From: an uncultured Clostridia bacterium
GTDB lineage: Bacteria; Bacillota; Clostridia; TANB77; CAG-508
NCBI GenBank assembly: GCA_947631495.1
Contig: CANRLO010000002.1
Span: 1 to 62,828, forward strand
Length of the DNA stretch: 62,828 bases
Direction of reading: 5' to 3'
Shown: piece by piece, positions 30,957-39,139 of the stretch
Numbering within the stretch: the stretch's first letter is position 1
Layout of the letters: each line of letters opens with the position of its first letter
The notes under the pieces: generated by a model
Database searches by the model: none
Told to the model about the DNA's origin: nothing
The model's input: the letters and a program-made list of their open reading frames with translations, nothing else
Program-made: the position numbers and the translations under genes

Positions 30957-32123
30957 ATGAAAATCGCAGTAGCAGGAACAGGATATGTAGGACTATCATT
31001 AGCAACACTATTAAGCCAAAAGAACGAAGTAGTTGCATTAGATATAGTACCAGAAAAAGTAAAGATGATAAACAATAGAATATCACCTATCAAAGATAAA
31101 GAAATAGAAGAATATCTACAAACTAAAAATCTAAATTTAAGAGCAACTTTAGATTACAAAGATGCTTTTAATGGAGCACAATATATTATTATAAGTACTC
31201 CAACTAATTATGACGATGTTACAAATTATTTTGATACATCAAGTGTAGAAGATATTATACAAAAGGTAATTAGTATGAATATCGATACAACAATGGTAGT
31301 CAAATCAACAATACCAGTTGGATTTATAGAAAATATGAAAGAAAAATATAATATAGATAATATTATGTTTTCACCAGAATTTTTAAGAGAAGGACGAGCT
31401 TTATACGATAATTTATATCCATCTAGAATAATAGTAGGCGAAAAAAGTAAAAGAGCAGAAATATTTGCAAACTTATTAAAAGAATGTTCTTTAAAAGAAG
31501 ATGTAACAATAAAATATATGAATAGTACAGAAGCAGAAGCGGTTAAACTATTTGCCAATACATACTTAGCATTAAGAGTATCTTATTTTAATGAATTAGA
31601 TACCTATGCAGAATTAAATGGATTAAATACACAAGATATTATTGAAGGAGTAGGATTAGACCCTAGAATAGGAACTCATTATAATAATCCATCTTTCGGC
31701 TATGGTGGTTATTGTTTGCCAAAAGATACAAAACAATTATTAGCAAATTATAGTAAAGTGCCACAAAATCTAATAGAAGCTATTGTAAAATCAAATGATA
31801 CCAGAAAAGACCATATAACAAATATGATAATGAAGAAAGAACCTAAAGTAGTAGGAATATATAGACTAACTATGAAAACAAATTCCGATAATTTCAGATG
31901 TAGTGCAATACAAGGAATTATTGAAAGATTAAAAAATGAAAATGTAGAAATTGTAATTTTCGAACCAACATTAAAAGAAAATACATTTAATGGATGCAAA
32001 GTAATCAATGATTTTAATGAGTTTAAGAATATAGCAGATGTTATTTTAGCAAATAGAATAGATGAAAGTATAAAAGAAGTACAGTATAAAGTATATACTA
32101 GAGATTTATATAGTAAAGATTAA
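30957..32123 (+). CDS. ugd: UDP-glucose 6-dehydrogenase, copy 1
   Basis: MKIAVAGTGYVGLS Rossmann start and [10 protein letters not shown] catalytic Cys motif; 388 aa. Confidence 0.92.
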   Translation: MKIAVAGTGYVGLSLATLLSQKNEVVALDIVPEKVKMINNRISPIKDKEIEEYLQTKNLNLRATLDYKDAFNGAQYIIISTPTNYDDVTNYFDTSSVEDIIQKVISMNIDTTMVVKSTIPVGFIENMKEKYNIDNIMFSPEFLREGRALYDNLYPSRIIVGEKSKRAEIFANLLKECSLKEDVTIKYMNSTEAEAVKLFANTYLALRVSYFNELDTYAELNGLNTQDIIEGVGLDPRIGTHYNNPSFGYGGYCLPKDTKQLLANYSKVPQNLIEAIVKSNDTRKDHITNMIMKKEPKVVGIYRLTMKTNSDNFRCSAIQGIIERLKNENVEIVIFEPTLKENTFNGCKVINDFNEFKNIADVILANRIDESIKEVQYKVYTRDLYSKD

Positions 32124-32147
32124 ATAAAATTAGTTAATGATAAAAAG

Positions 32148-32181
32148 AAACACATATGAAAAAAGCATATGTGTTTTTTTT
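32148..32181 (+). terminator. rho-independent terminator closing locus 1
   Basis: AAACACATATG (32148-32158) pairs with CATATGTGTTT (32166-32176), followed by a T-run; an A-run upstream makes it potentially bidirectional. Confidence 0.85.
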
Positions 32182-32227
32182 ATATTCATTTTTTAATTTG
32201 AAATCATATACTTTTACATACAAAAAA

Positions 32228-32253
32228 TTTCGTAAAGTTAATTCCTTTACGAA
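32228..32253. promoter_or_regulatory. left 26-bp inverted repeat; candidate tyrosine-recombinase core site (9-7-9)
   Basis: TTTCGTAAAGTTAATTCCTTTACGAA. Arms TTCGTAAAG / CTTTACGAA around the asymmetric spacer TTAATTC. Exact reverse complement at 33562-33587. Confidence 0.7.
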
Positions 32254-32263
32254 CATCAAAACT

Positions 32264-32292
32264 ATTATAGCTGAAAAGAAAACAAAAAGCAA
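32264..32292 (-). promoter_or_regulatory. outward-facing promoter-like element at the left edge of the invertible segment
   Basis: On the minus strand: TTGCTT (32292-32287), 17 bp, TATAAT (32269-32264). The predicted start is ~10 bp from the left repeat. AT-rich background makes chance hexamers common. Confidence 0.35.
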
Positions 32293-32556
32293 GTTTTTTC
32301 TATAAATTTCGTCAAAAAATAAGTAGAAATATGTTTTCATAATGCAATATATAAAAAAATCAAAATTAGCTATTATAGTATAATTTTGTAAGTATAACCT
32401 TTTAAATAACGAAAGAAAACTAATTTATAAATAAAATTTTTAAACTAAGTTGCCCACAGACAGAGGCAAAATAAGGATAAAAACTAGTTTGAAAGAAATA
32501 ATCTTTCGTTGCTATGTTTGCCTTGTGAGCAAAGCCAGAAAGGGATGTAATTTAAA

Positions 32557-33495
32557 ATGAACATTTTAACACTAAAAGTAAAAAAGAATAAATCAATAAC
32601 ATTAGAAGAAATTATTGATAGTTGGCTACTCTACAAAAGATGTAAACTAAAGGAATCTACTTATTATCGTTACCAGTATATTATAAAAAAATATATATTG
32701 CCTAGCTTAGGAAAGGAAAAAATAGTATACCTACAACATTATGATTTTAATCTTTTTATCGATAAACTGATAGATAGTTTATCACCTAAAACGGCAAAAG
32801 ATATTATCATTGTACTAAAATCAATTCTAAAATATGCAGAAAGAAAATATAATTTTGATTTTAAACTAGATTTAATAACACTACCTAAATATCAACCAGA
32901 AGAAATCCAAATTTTAAGTAAAAAAGAGAAACAACAATTAGAAGAAATGTGTTATAAAAATGCAACATTCCGTAATATTGGCATTCTAATTTGCTTGAAT
33001 ACAGGAATACGCATTGGAGAAATTTGTGCTCTTACATGGAAAAACATTAACTTAGAAAGAGATACCTTAGTTATTAATAAAACAATGCAAAGAATTTATA
33101 AGGATAAAAATAATACAATTATTTTAATAGATACTCCAAAAAGTAAAAAATCGATTCGTGAAATACCAATTTCAAAAAAACTCCATAACCTTTTATTAGA
33201 AATAAAAAATAACAATAAGTTTAATGGAGATGAATTTTTTCTCACAGGGGAAAATAACAAATTTATAGAACCTAGAAATTATCAATATATGTTTAAAAAA
33301 TGCCTGAACGAATGTAATATAAAGGAATATAACTTTCATGCATTAAGACATACATTTGCTACAAACTGTATTGAAATAGGAATGGATGTAAAATCTTTAA
33401 GTGAAATTTTAGGACATGCAAGCGTTGATATTACTTTAAATAAATATGTTCATTCTTCTTTAAAAACGAAAAAAATTTATTTGGAAAAACTATAA
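32557..33495 (+). CDS. tyrosine site-specific recombinase (phage-integrase family)
   Basis: N-terminal SAM-like domain. Catalytic signature RIGEICALTW (R), HALRHTFAT (HxxR), LGHASVDITLNKYVH (H...Y). Confidence 0.88.
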   Translation: MNILTLKVKKNKSITLEEIIDSWLLYKRCKLKESTYYRYQYIIKKYILPSLGKEKIVYLQHYDFNLFIDKLIDSLSPKTAKDIIIVLKSILKYAERKYNFDFKLDLITLPKYQPEEIQILSKKEKQQLEEMCYKNATFRNIGILICLNTGIRIGEICALTWKNINLERDTLVINKTMQRIYKDKNNTIILIDTPKSKKSIREIPISKKLHNLLLEIKNNNKFNGDEFFLTGENNKFIEPRNYQYMFKKCLNECNIKEYNFHALRHTFATNCIEIGMDVKSLSEILGHASVDITLNKYVHSSLKTKKIYLEKL

Positions 33496-33549
33496 AAACT
33501 ATTATGAAGTGAAATACAAATTTTCATTTCATAATAGTTTTTTCTTTTT
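33496..33549 (+). terminator. strong rho-independent terminator after the recombinase gene, still inside the invertible segment
   Basis: AAACTATTATGAA (33496-33508) pairs with TTCATAATAGTTT (33528-33540), plus an inner TGAAA/TTTCA pairing, then TTTCTTTTT. Confidence 0.85.
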
Positions 33550-33561
33550 GCCTAAAAGTAT

Positions 33562-33587
33562 TTCGTAAAGGAATTAACTTTACGAAA
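33562..33587. promoter_or_regulatory. right 26-bp inverted repeat; candidate recombinase core site in opposite orientation
   Basis: TTCGTAAAGGAATTAACTTTACGAAA; the spacer GAATTAA is the reverse complement of the left spacer. Confidence 0.7.
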
Positions 33588-33616
33588 AAAAATTAGGTGA
33601 TAGCAAATGGAAGAAA

Positions 33617-34873
33617 ATGCAGTCAAAAAGCGGGTTTTATACTACAACTTACAAAATACGACTTTATACAAATCATTTAAATTACATCAAAAATACTGAA
33701 GTAATTTATAACGAAACAATTCTAAAGTACTACAACTTATTATTTGACAATTTAGAATTTTTAAACCTATCAAATCAAAATTGTTTGAGAGAGTTAGAAA
33801 AATTAACAATCAAAAGTAAAACAGGAGAAAAGCCAAAAGATTATATAGAACAAGATATTCCTATGTACTTAAGGAGAGCAGCTATCAATCAAGCAATCGG
33901 ATATGTTAGAAGTTATCAAACTGCACTTAATAATAAAATGTCAAGTAATAATCTAGAAAATACAGAATTGCTTAGGAATTCATTAAATGAAAAACAAAAA
34001 ACAAAGATAACGATTAATAAAGCAACAGCATTTCATTCTTCAATTATGCTCTACAAAGGAATGTATAAAGACTTATATGAAGATAGAATCACAATAAAAC
34101 TTTTTGATGGCGAAAGTTGGAGATGGTTTCCAACCAAAATAAAAGGTAGAAAAATTAATGAAAATGCAGAGATTCTATCACCAAGTATTGTTGTAAAAAA
34201 AGACCTTGTTATGCTTCATCTTCCAGTAAAAGAAGAAATAGAAGATGTAACACCAATAAAAGAAAGGATGCAACAAGAACATATTCAAGTATGTGGCATT
34301 TCGTTTTCAAACACAGATAGTTTTGCTATATGTGTGGTACTTGATGAAAGCAAAAACATAATAAAAGCAAAATTTATTAAAGGTGGAAACGAATATAGAA
34401 ATGCAACACACACCATATTAGCAAAAATTAAAAAACATAAACAAAATGGACAAAAATTTTCACAAAGAGACCATAAACATTATTGGGAAAAATTAAACAA
34501 CATAAGTGATTATTATGCTCACAAAGTAAGTAAAGAAATTATTAATTTTTGTATTGAAAACAATGCTCCAATTATTGCTATAGCAGACATGGAAGAAGAT
34601 GTAAGTAAGCATTTTGGCAAGAAAGTAGGAAAGTATAGTCCAATTTATCTAAGAAAAAGGATTATTTCCTATTTACAATATAAGGCATTCAAACAAGGAA
34701 TTCTCATTACAAAAGTAAGAAGAAACTATACTGCAAGCAAGTGCTATATATGTAGGACAAATATCAAAAGGAACGGAAGCAAATACAATTGTGAGAATGG
34801 GCATCAAGGAGATTATTTTTTTAATTCAGCAATGAATATAGCAATCATGTGCTTAAAAAAATTTGGCAAATAA
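33617..34873 (+). CDS. TnpB-like (IS605 OrfB family) protein, RuvC catalytic positions apparently substituted
   Basis: YKIRLYTN N-terminal motif, zinc ribbon CYICRT...CENGH, NSAMNIA tail. GISFS replaces GIDLG, IIAIADM replaces hhhhEDL, DYFFNSAM replaces D.NAA. No adjacent tnpA. Confidence 0.7.
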   Translation: MQSKSGFYTTTYKIRLYTNHLNYIKNTEVIYNETILKYYNLLFDNLEFLNLSNQNCLRELEKLTIKSKTGEKPKDYIEQDIPMYLRRAAINQAIGYVRSYQTALNNKMSSNNLENTELLRNSLNEKQKTKITINKATAFHSSIMLYKGMYKDLYEDRITIKLFDGESWRWFPTKIKGRKINENAEILSPSIVVKKDLVMLHLPVKEEIEDVTPIKERMQQEHIQVCGISFSNTDSFAICVVLDESKNIIKAKFIKGGNEYRNATHTILAKIKKHKQNGQKFSQRDHKHYWEKLNNISDYYAHKVSKEIINFCIENNAPIIAIADMEEDVSKHFGKKVGKYSPIYLRKRIISYLQYKAFKQGILITKVRRNYTASKCYICRTNIKRNGSKYNCENGHQGDYFFNSAMNIAIMCLKKFGK

Positions 34874-34903
34874 TTTCAAAATAAATTTAAAACTAAAAAT
34901 TAA

Positions 34904-34972
34904 ATTTGAATAGAATTCAAATCCTAAGAAGAAACACTTAGGTATGCAATAAAACTATATGCTTTATTGCAT
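34904..34972 (+). ncRNA. three consecutive stem-loops 3' of the tnpB-like gene; candidate guide-RNA (omega-RNA-like) scaffold end
   Basis: ATTTGAAT/ATTCAAAT (34904-34922), CCTAAG/CTTAGG (34923-34942), ATGCAATAAA/TTTATTGCAT (34944-34972). Confidence 0.3.
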
Positions 34973-35079
34973 GTGTTGAATATCGCAATTTTACATAGTC
35001 AAAGTGTAAATAAAGAACGGAGTAATCCAACAATATTCAGAGATGCCAAATTGAATCATTTCAAAAAGAGGGGACAAAC

Positions 35080-35718
35080 ATGAAAAAGGGTTATAAATAC
35101 ATAAAAAGAGGAATAGATATTCTATTTTCTACAATTGCACTAATTTTATTGTTACCAATTTTTATAGTAGTAGCGATTGCAATAAAAATAGATTCAGAAG
35201 GACCAATTATATATAAGTCAAAAAGAATAGGTAAAAACTGCAAACCATTTTATACATATAAATTTAGAAGTATGAAAACAAACAGAAAAGAATTAGATGG
35301 AACATTAACACATGAACAAATGGTTACAAGAGTAGGAAAATTCATAAGAAAGACAAGCATTGATGAACTTCCACAATTAATAAATATTTTAAAGGGAGAT
35401 ATGAGTTTTATTGGGCCTAGACCATGGATTCCAGAATACTATGAATGGTTTACAGATGAGCAAAAAAGAAGGGTAAGTGTATTACCAGGAATTTCAGGTT
35501 TAGCTCAAGTAAAAGGGAGAAACGGAATTAATATCTTTAAAAAAATAGAGTATGACTTAGAGTATGTAGATAACATAAGTTTGTGGTTAGATATAAAGCT
35601 TGTTTTTGAAACTATTGTACAAGTGTTTAAAAAGACAAATGCAGAAATATCAGAACAGGGAATAAAGGAAGAAATTGAAGATTTAAAGAAACAAGAAAGT
35701 TATTCAAAAGCAATATAA
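35080..35718 (+). CDS. priming sugar-phosphate transferase (small PGT, CapM/PglC-like), locus 2
   Basis: KRGIDILFS...PIIYKSKRIG...YKFRSM...TRVGKFIRKTSIDELPQLINILKGDMSFIGPRP. Confidence 0.88.
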   Translation: MKKGYKYIKRGIDILFSTIALILLLPIFIVVAIAIKIDSEGPIIYKSKRIGKNCKPFYTYKFRSMKTNRKELDGTLTHEQMVTRVGKFIRKTSIDELPQLINILKGDMSFIGPRPWIPEYYEWFTDEQKRRVSVLPGISGLAQVKGRNGINIFKKIEYDLEYVDNISLWLDIKLVFETIVQVFKKTNAEISEQGIKEEIEDLKKQESYSKAI

Positions 35719-35774
35719 TGTTAGAAATTAGGGCTCTGTAATAAAATTATTAAGTGTTCAAAATAGGAGTTGAA

Positions 35775-36992
35775 ATGATGAAAATATTAGTTGTATGTCA
35801 ATATTATTATCCGGAACCACTAAGAATTACTGATATATGTGAACAACTTGTTATTGCCGGTCATGAAGTAACCGTGATAACTGGTTATCCAAATTATCCT
35901 ATGGGTGATATATATGATGGATATAAAAACAAGGATCATGTTAATGAAACAGTAAACGGTGTAAAAATTCATAGATGCTATACTATTCCAAGAAAAAGAG
36001 GAGCAATAATGAGAATTTTAAATTATTATAGTTTTGCTTTATCTTCAGTTTTATATGCAAAAAAAATAAAACAAGATTATGATGTTGTTTTTGTTAATCA
36101 ATTGTCTCCAATAATGATGGCAAATGCTGGTATAGTATATAAGAAAAAACATCATAAACAACTTATTTTGTACTGTTTAGATATTTGGCCAGAAAGTTTA
36201 ACGGTAGGAGGAATAAAAAAGAAATCATTGATATTTAAATATTTTCACAAGGTTTCAAAAAAAATATATACTCAATGTGACAAAATTTTAATTACTTCTA
36301 AAATGTTTGAAGATTATTTAAAAGAAAATTTTAATATTGCAGATGAAAAAATATTTTATTTGCCACAATATGCTGAAGAAATATTTGACAAAGAAGAGTG
36401 TAAAAAAATCAATAATAATGAAGAAATAAATCTGGTATTTGCTGGAAATATTGGAAAGGCTCAAAGTATTGATACTATATTAGAGGCTGCAAATATTTTA
36501 AAAAATAATAGAAAAATTATTTTTCATATTATAGGTGATGGGTCAGAATATAAACATTGTTGTATGAAAATAGCTGAATTACATTTAAATAACATTATTA
36601 TGCATGGAAGAAAGCCTCTTAGTGAAATGATAAGATATTATAAAATGGCTGATGCCATGTTAATAACTTTATCTGGAAAATCTTTAATATCAAAAACATT
36701 GCCCGGAAAAATTCAATCGTATATGGTTGCAGGAAAGCCAATAATTGGTGCTGCTAATGGAGAAACTAAACTTGTAATAGAAGAAGCAAATTGTGGGTTT
36801 TGTGGAAGTGCAGACAATGCGGATGAATTAGCAGAAAACATAGTTAGATTTATAAACTGTGAAAATAAAGAAGAATTAGGAATAAATTCATATAAATACT
36901 ATGAGCAAAATTATTCTAAAGAAAAATTCTTAAATAAATTAGTCGAAGAATTAAAAAAAGTTAAGGGGGAAAAAATAAATGAGCATTTTTAA
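35775..36992 (+). CDS. GT4 glycosyltransferase, WbuB-like (L-FucNAc transferase type)
   Basis: MKILVVCQYYYPEPLRITDICEQLVIAGHEVTVITGYPNYP start typical of WbuB/WcaI-like enzymes; sits directly before fnlABC-like genes. Confidence 0.7.
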   Translation: MMKILVVCQYYYPEPLRITDICEQLVIAGHEVTVITGYPNYPMGDIYDGYKNKDHVNETVNGVKIHRCYTIPRKRGAIMRILNYYSFALSSVLYAKKIKQDYDVVFVNQLSPIMMANAGIVYKKKHHKQLILYCLDIWPESLTVGGIKKKSLIFKYFHKVSKKIYTQCDKILITSKMFEDYLKENFNIADEKIFYLPQYAEEIFDKEECKKINNNEEINLVFAGNIGKAQSIDTILEAANILKNNRKIIFHIIGDGSEYKHCCMKIAELHLNNIIMHGRKPLSEMIRYYKMADAMLITLSGKSLISKTLPGKIQSYMVAGKPIIGAANGETKLVIEEANCGFCGSADNADELAENIVRFINCENKEELGINSYKYYEQNYSKEKFLNKLVEELKKVKGEKINEHF

Positions 36993-37989
36993 AGATAAAG
37001 TATTATTGATAACCGGAGGAACTGGCTCATTTGGAAATGCAGTATTAAAAAGATTTTTAGATACGGATATTAAAGAGATTAGAATATTTTCTCGTGATGA
37101 AAAGAAACAAGAAGATATGAGAATTAAATATAAAAATGATAAAATTAAATTTTACATAGGCGATGTAAGAGATTACAGAAGTATTGATGACGCTATGGAT
37201 GGAGTAGATTATATTTTTCATGCAGCAGCTTTAAAACAAGTACCTAGTTGTGAATTTTATCCTATTCAAGCTGTAAAAACTAATATTTTAGGTACAGAAA
37301 ATGTTTTAGAAGCAGCTATTAATCATAATGTAAAAAAGGTAATTGTTTTATCAACAGATAAAGCTGCTTATCCAATTAATGCTATGGGTATGAGTAAGGC
37401 AATGATGGAAAAAGTGGCTGTAGCTAAAGGAAGAGATTTAAGAACTAACCAAACAATTATCTGTAGAACAAGATATGGAAATGTTATGGCTTCGCGTGGA
37501 AGTGTAATTCCTCTATTTTGTGAACAAATTGAACAAGGCAAGCCTTTAACTATAACTAATCCAGATATGACTAGATTTATGATGACTTTAGAGGATGCTG
37601 TAGATTTGGTTATATATGCCTTTGAAAATGGAAAACAAGGAGATTTATTTGTTCAAAAAGCTCCTGCTGCAACAATAGATACTTTAGCAAAGGCTGTTAA
37701 AGAATTAAAACATAGTGATTTACCTATCAATTGTATTGGAACAAGACATGGCGAAAAACTTTTTGAAGTTTTAGTAACAAAAGAAGAAATGGTTAATGCT
37801 GAGGATATGGGGAATTACTATAGAATCCCTGCAGATAATAGAAATTTAAATTACCAAAAGTATGTAGATCAGGGAAATGCTGATATAGAAAATATTGTTG
37901 ATTACAATTCACACAATACTTATAGACTTAATATAGAAGAAATGAAAAAATTATTACTAAAATTAGATTTATTTAATGATTGTAAATAA
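36979..37989 (+). CDS. fnlA: UDP-GlcNAc 4,6-dehydratase/5-epimerase (FnlA/CapE/WbjB type)
   Basis: KVLLITGGTGSFGNAVLKRFL start, SDR with the STDKAAYPINAMGMSKAMME motif; first of a three-gene L-FucNAc set. Confidence 0.82.
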   Translation: MSIFKDKVLLITGGTGSFGNAVLKRFLDTDIKEIRIFSRDEKKQEDMRIKYKNDKIKFYIGDVRDYRSIDDAMDGVDYIFHAAALKQVPSCEFYPIQAVKTNILGTENVLEAAINHNVKKVIVLSTDKAAYPINAMGMSKAMMEKVAVAKGRDLRTNQTIICRTRYGNVMASRGSVIPLFCEQIEQGKPLTITNPDMTRFMMTLEDAVDLVIYAFENGKQGDLFVQKAPAATIDTLAKAVKELKHSDLPINCIGTRHGEKLFEVLVTKEEMVNAEDMGNYYRIPADNRNLNYQKYVDQGNADIENIVDYNSHNTYRLNIEEMKKLLLKLDLFNDCK

Positions 37990-37999
37990 GGAGAAGTTA

Positions 38000-39139
38000 A
38001 TGAAAGTACTAGTAACTGGTTCAAATGGGTTTGTAGGAAAAAACTTAATAAGCAATTTAAGTTTAAATGATGATATTGAAATATATAAATTTGATATAGA
38101 TAATACATTAGAAGAATTAGATGCATATACCAAAACTTGTGATTTTGTATTCCATTTAGCTGGAATAAATAGGCCACAAAATCCACAGGAATTTATGGAA
38201 GGTAATTTTGGATTTACAACAACATTATTAGAATATCTAAAAAAAAATAATAATAAATGCCCAATAATGATATCATCATCTATTCAAGCTGAACTAGACA
38301 ATGATTATGGCAAGTCTAAAAAAGCTGGCGAAGAATTATTATTTAACTATGGCAAAGATAATAATGTAAAAGTATTTGTATATAGATTTCCAAATTTGTT
38401 TGGAAAGTGGTGTAAACCTAACTATAATAGCGTAATAGCCACTTGGTGTTATAATATTTCACATAATATAGAGGTAAGTATAGATGTTCCTTCAAAGGAA
38501 TTACAATTAGCATATATAGATGATGTTTGTGCAGAACTTATTAAATGTTTAAATAATGAAGAAACTAAAGATGGAAGGTATTGTATTGTTCCTACTACTT
38601 ACAAAAAATCATTAGGAAATATATTATCTTTAATTAAATCTTTTAAAAATAATGATAGGGGAATTATGGTCCCATCTACTGGTGATACATTTACTAAAGA
38701 TTTATATGCTACCTATATAAGTTATGTACCTTTAGAAGAGTTAGTAGTTGATTTAGAAGAGCATAGAGATAATAGAGGTGTATTTTGCGAGCTATTTAGA
38801 ACTAAAGAAGCAGGCCAAGTGTCAGTTTCAACAACAAATCCTAATATTGTTCGCGGTGGACATTATCATAATACTAAAATGGAAAGATTTATTGTAATTA
38901 AAGGTAAAGCAAAAATTGAATTTGAACATGTAATAACTCATGAAAAATATAAATTTGAAGTAAGTGGAGATAAATTACAATATGTAACTATACCTGTTGG
39001 ATATCAACATAGCATCAATAATATTGGAGATGGTGAATTAGTTTTAATACTTTGGGCTAATGAATTGTTTGACCCTAATATACCGGATACTTATGTAATG
39101 AAGGAGGAAAAAAGTGAAACTGATAAAAGATTACAGTAA
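38000..39139 (+). CDS. fnlB: FnlB/CapF/WbjC-type reductase with C-terminal cupin domain
   Basis: MKVLVTGSNGFVGKNL Rossmann start and C-terminal GGHYH...cupin-like region. AGGAGA RBS before ATG 38000. Confidence 0.75.
   Translation: MKVLVTGSNGFVGKNLISNLSLNDDIEIYKFDIDNTLEELDAYTKTCDFVFHLAGINRPQNPQEFMEGNFGFTTTLLEYLKKNNNKCPIMISSSIQAELDNDYGKSKKAGEELLFNYGKDNNVKVFVYRFPNLFGKWCKPNYNSVIATWCYNISHNIEVSIDVPSKELQLAYIDDVCAELIKCLNNEETKDGRYCIVPTTYKKSLGNILSLIKSFKNNDRGIMVPSTGDTFTKDLYATYISYVPLEELVVDLEEHRDNRGVFCELFRTKEAGQVSVSTTNPNIVRGGHYHNTKMERFIVIKGKAKIEFEHVITHEKYKFEVSGDKLQYVTIPVGYQHSINNIGDGELVLILWANELFDPNIPDTYVMKEEKSETDKRLQ

Noticed and set aside
32134-32340. A 68-aa minus-strand ORF covers the left inverted repeat.
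   Set aside because: It spans a terminator and the recombinase site, has no RBS and has a low-complexity hydrophobic composition. It was treated as non-coding.
32440-32552. The structured-looking leader upstream of the recombinase gene contains GGCAAAA and GAGCAAAGCC, reminiscent of the two conserved GCAAA(C/G)CC boxes of the c-di-GMP-I (GEMM-I) riboswitch.
   Set aside because: The segment between the boxes folds by eye into one long imperfect hairpin with a 7-nt loop. It does not form the short GNRA-capped P1 helix, and the region after GCAAAGCC lacks the expected P2 helix. The similarity is too partial to call without a covariance-model scan.
34973-35079. I tried to find a guide-like match between the sequence 3' of the tnpB-like scaffold hairpins and the locus-1 promoter region (16800-17060, both strands).
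   Set aside because: Only 6-7-nt coincidences were seen by eye (e.g. GTCAAA). That is not significant in AT-rich DNA, and the guide boundaries are unknown. No target is claimed.
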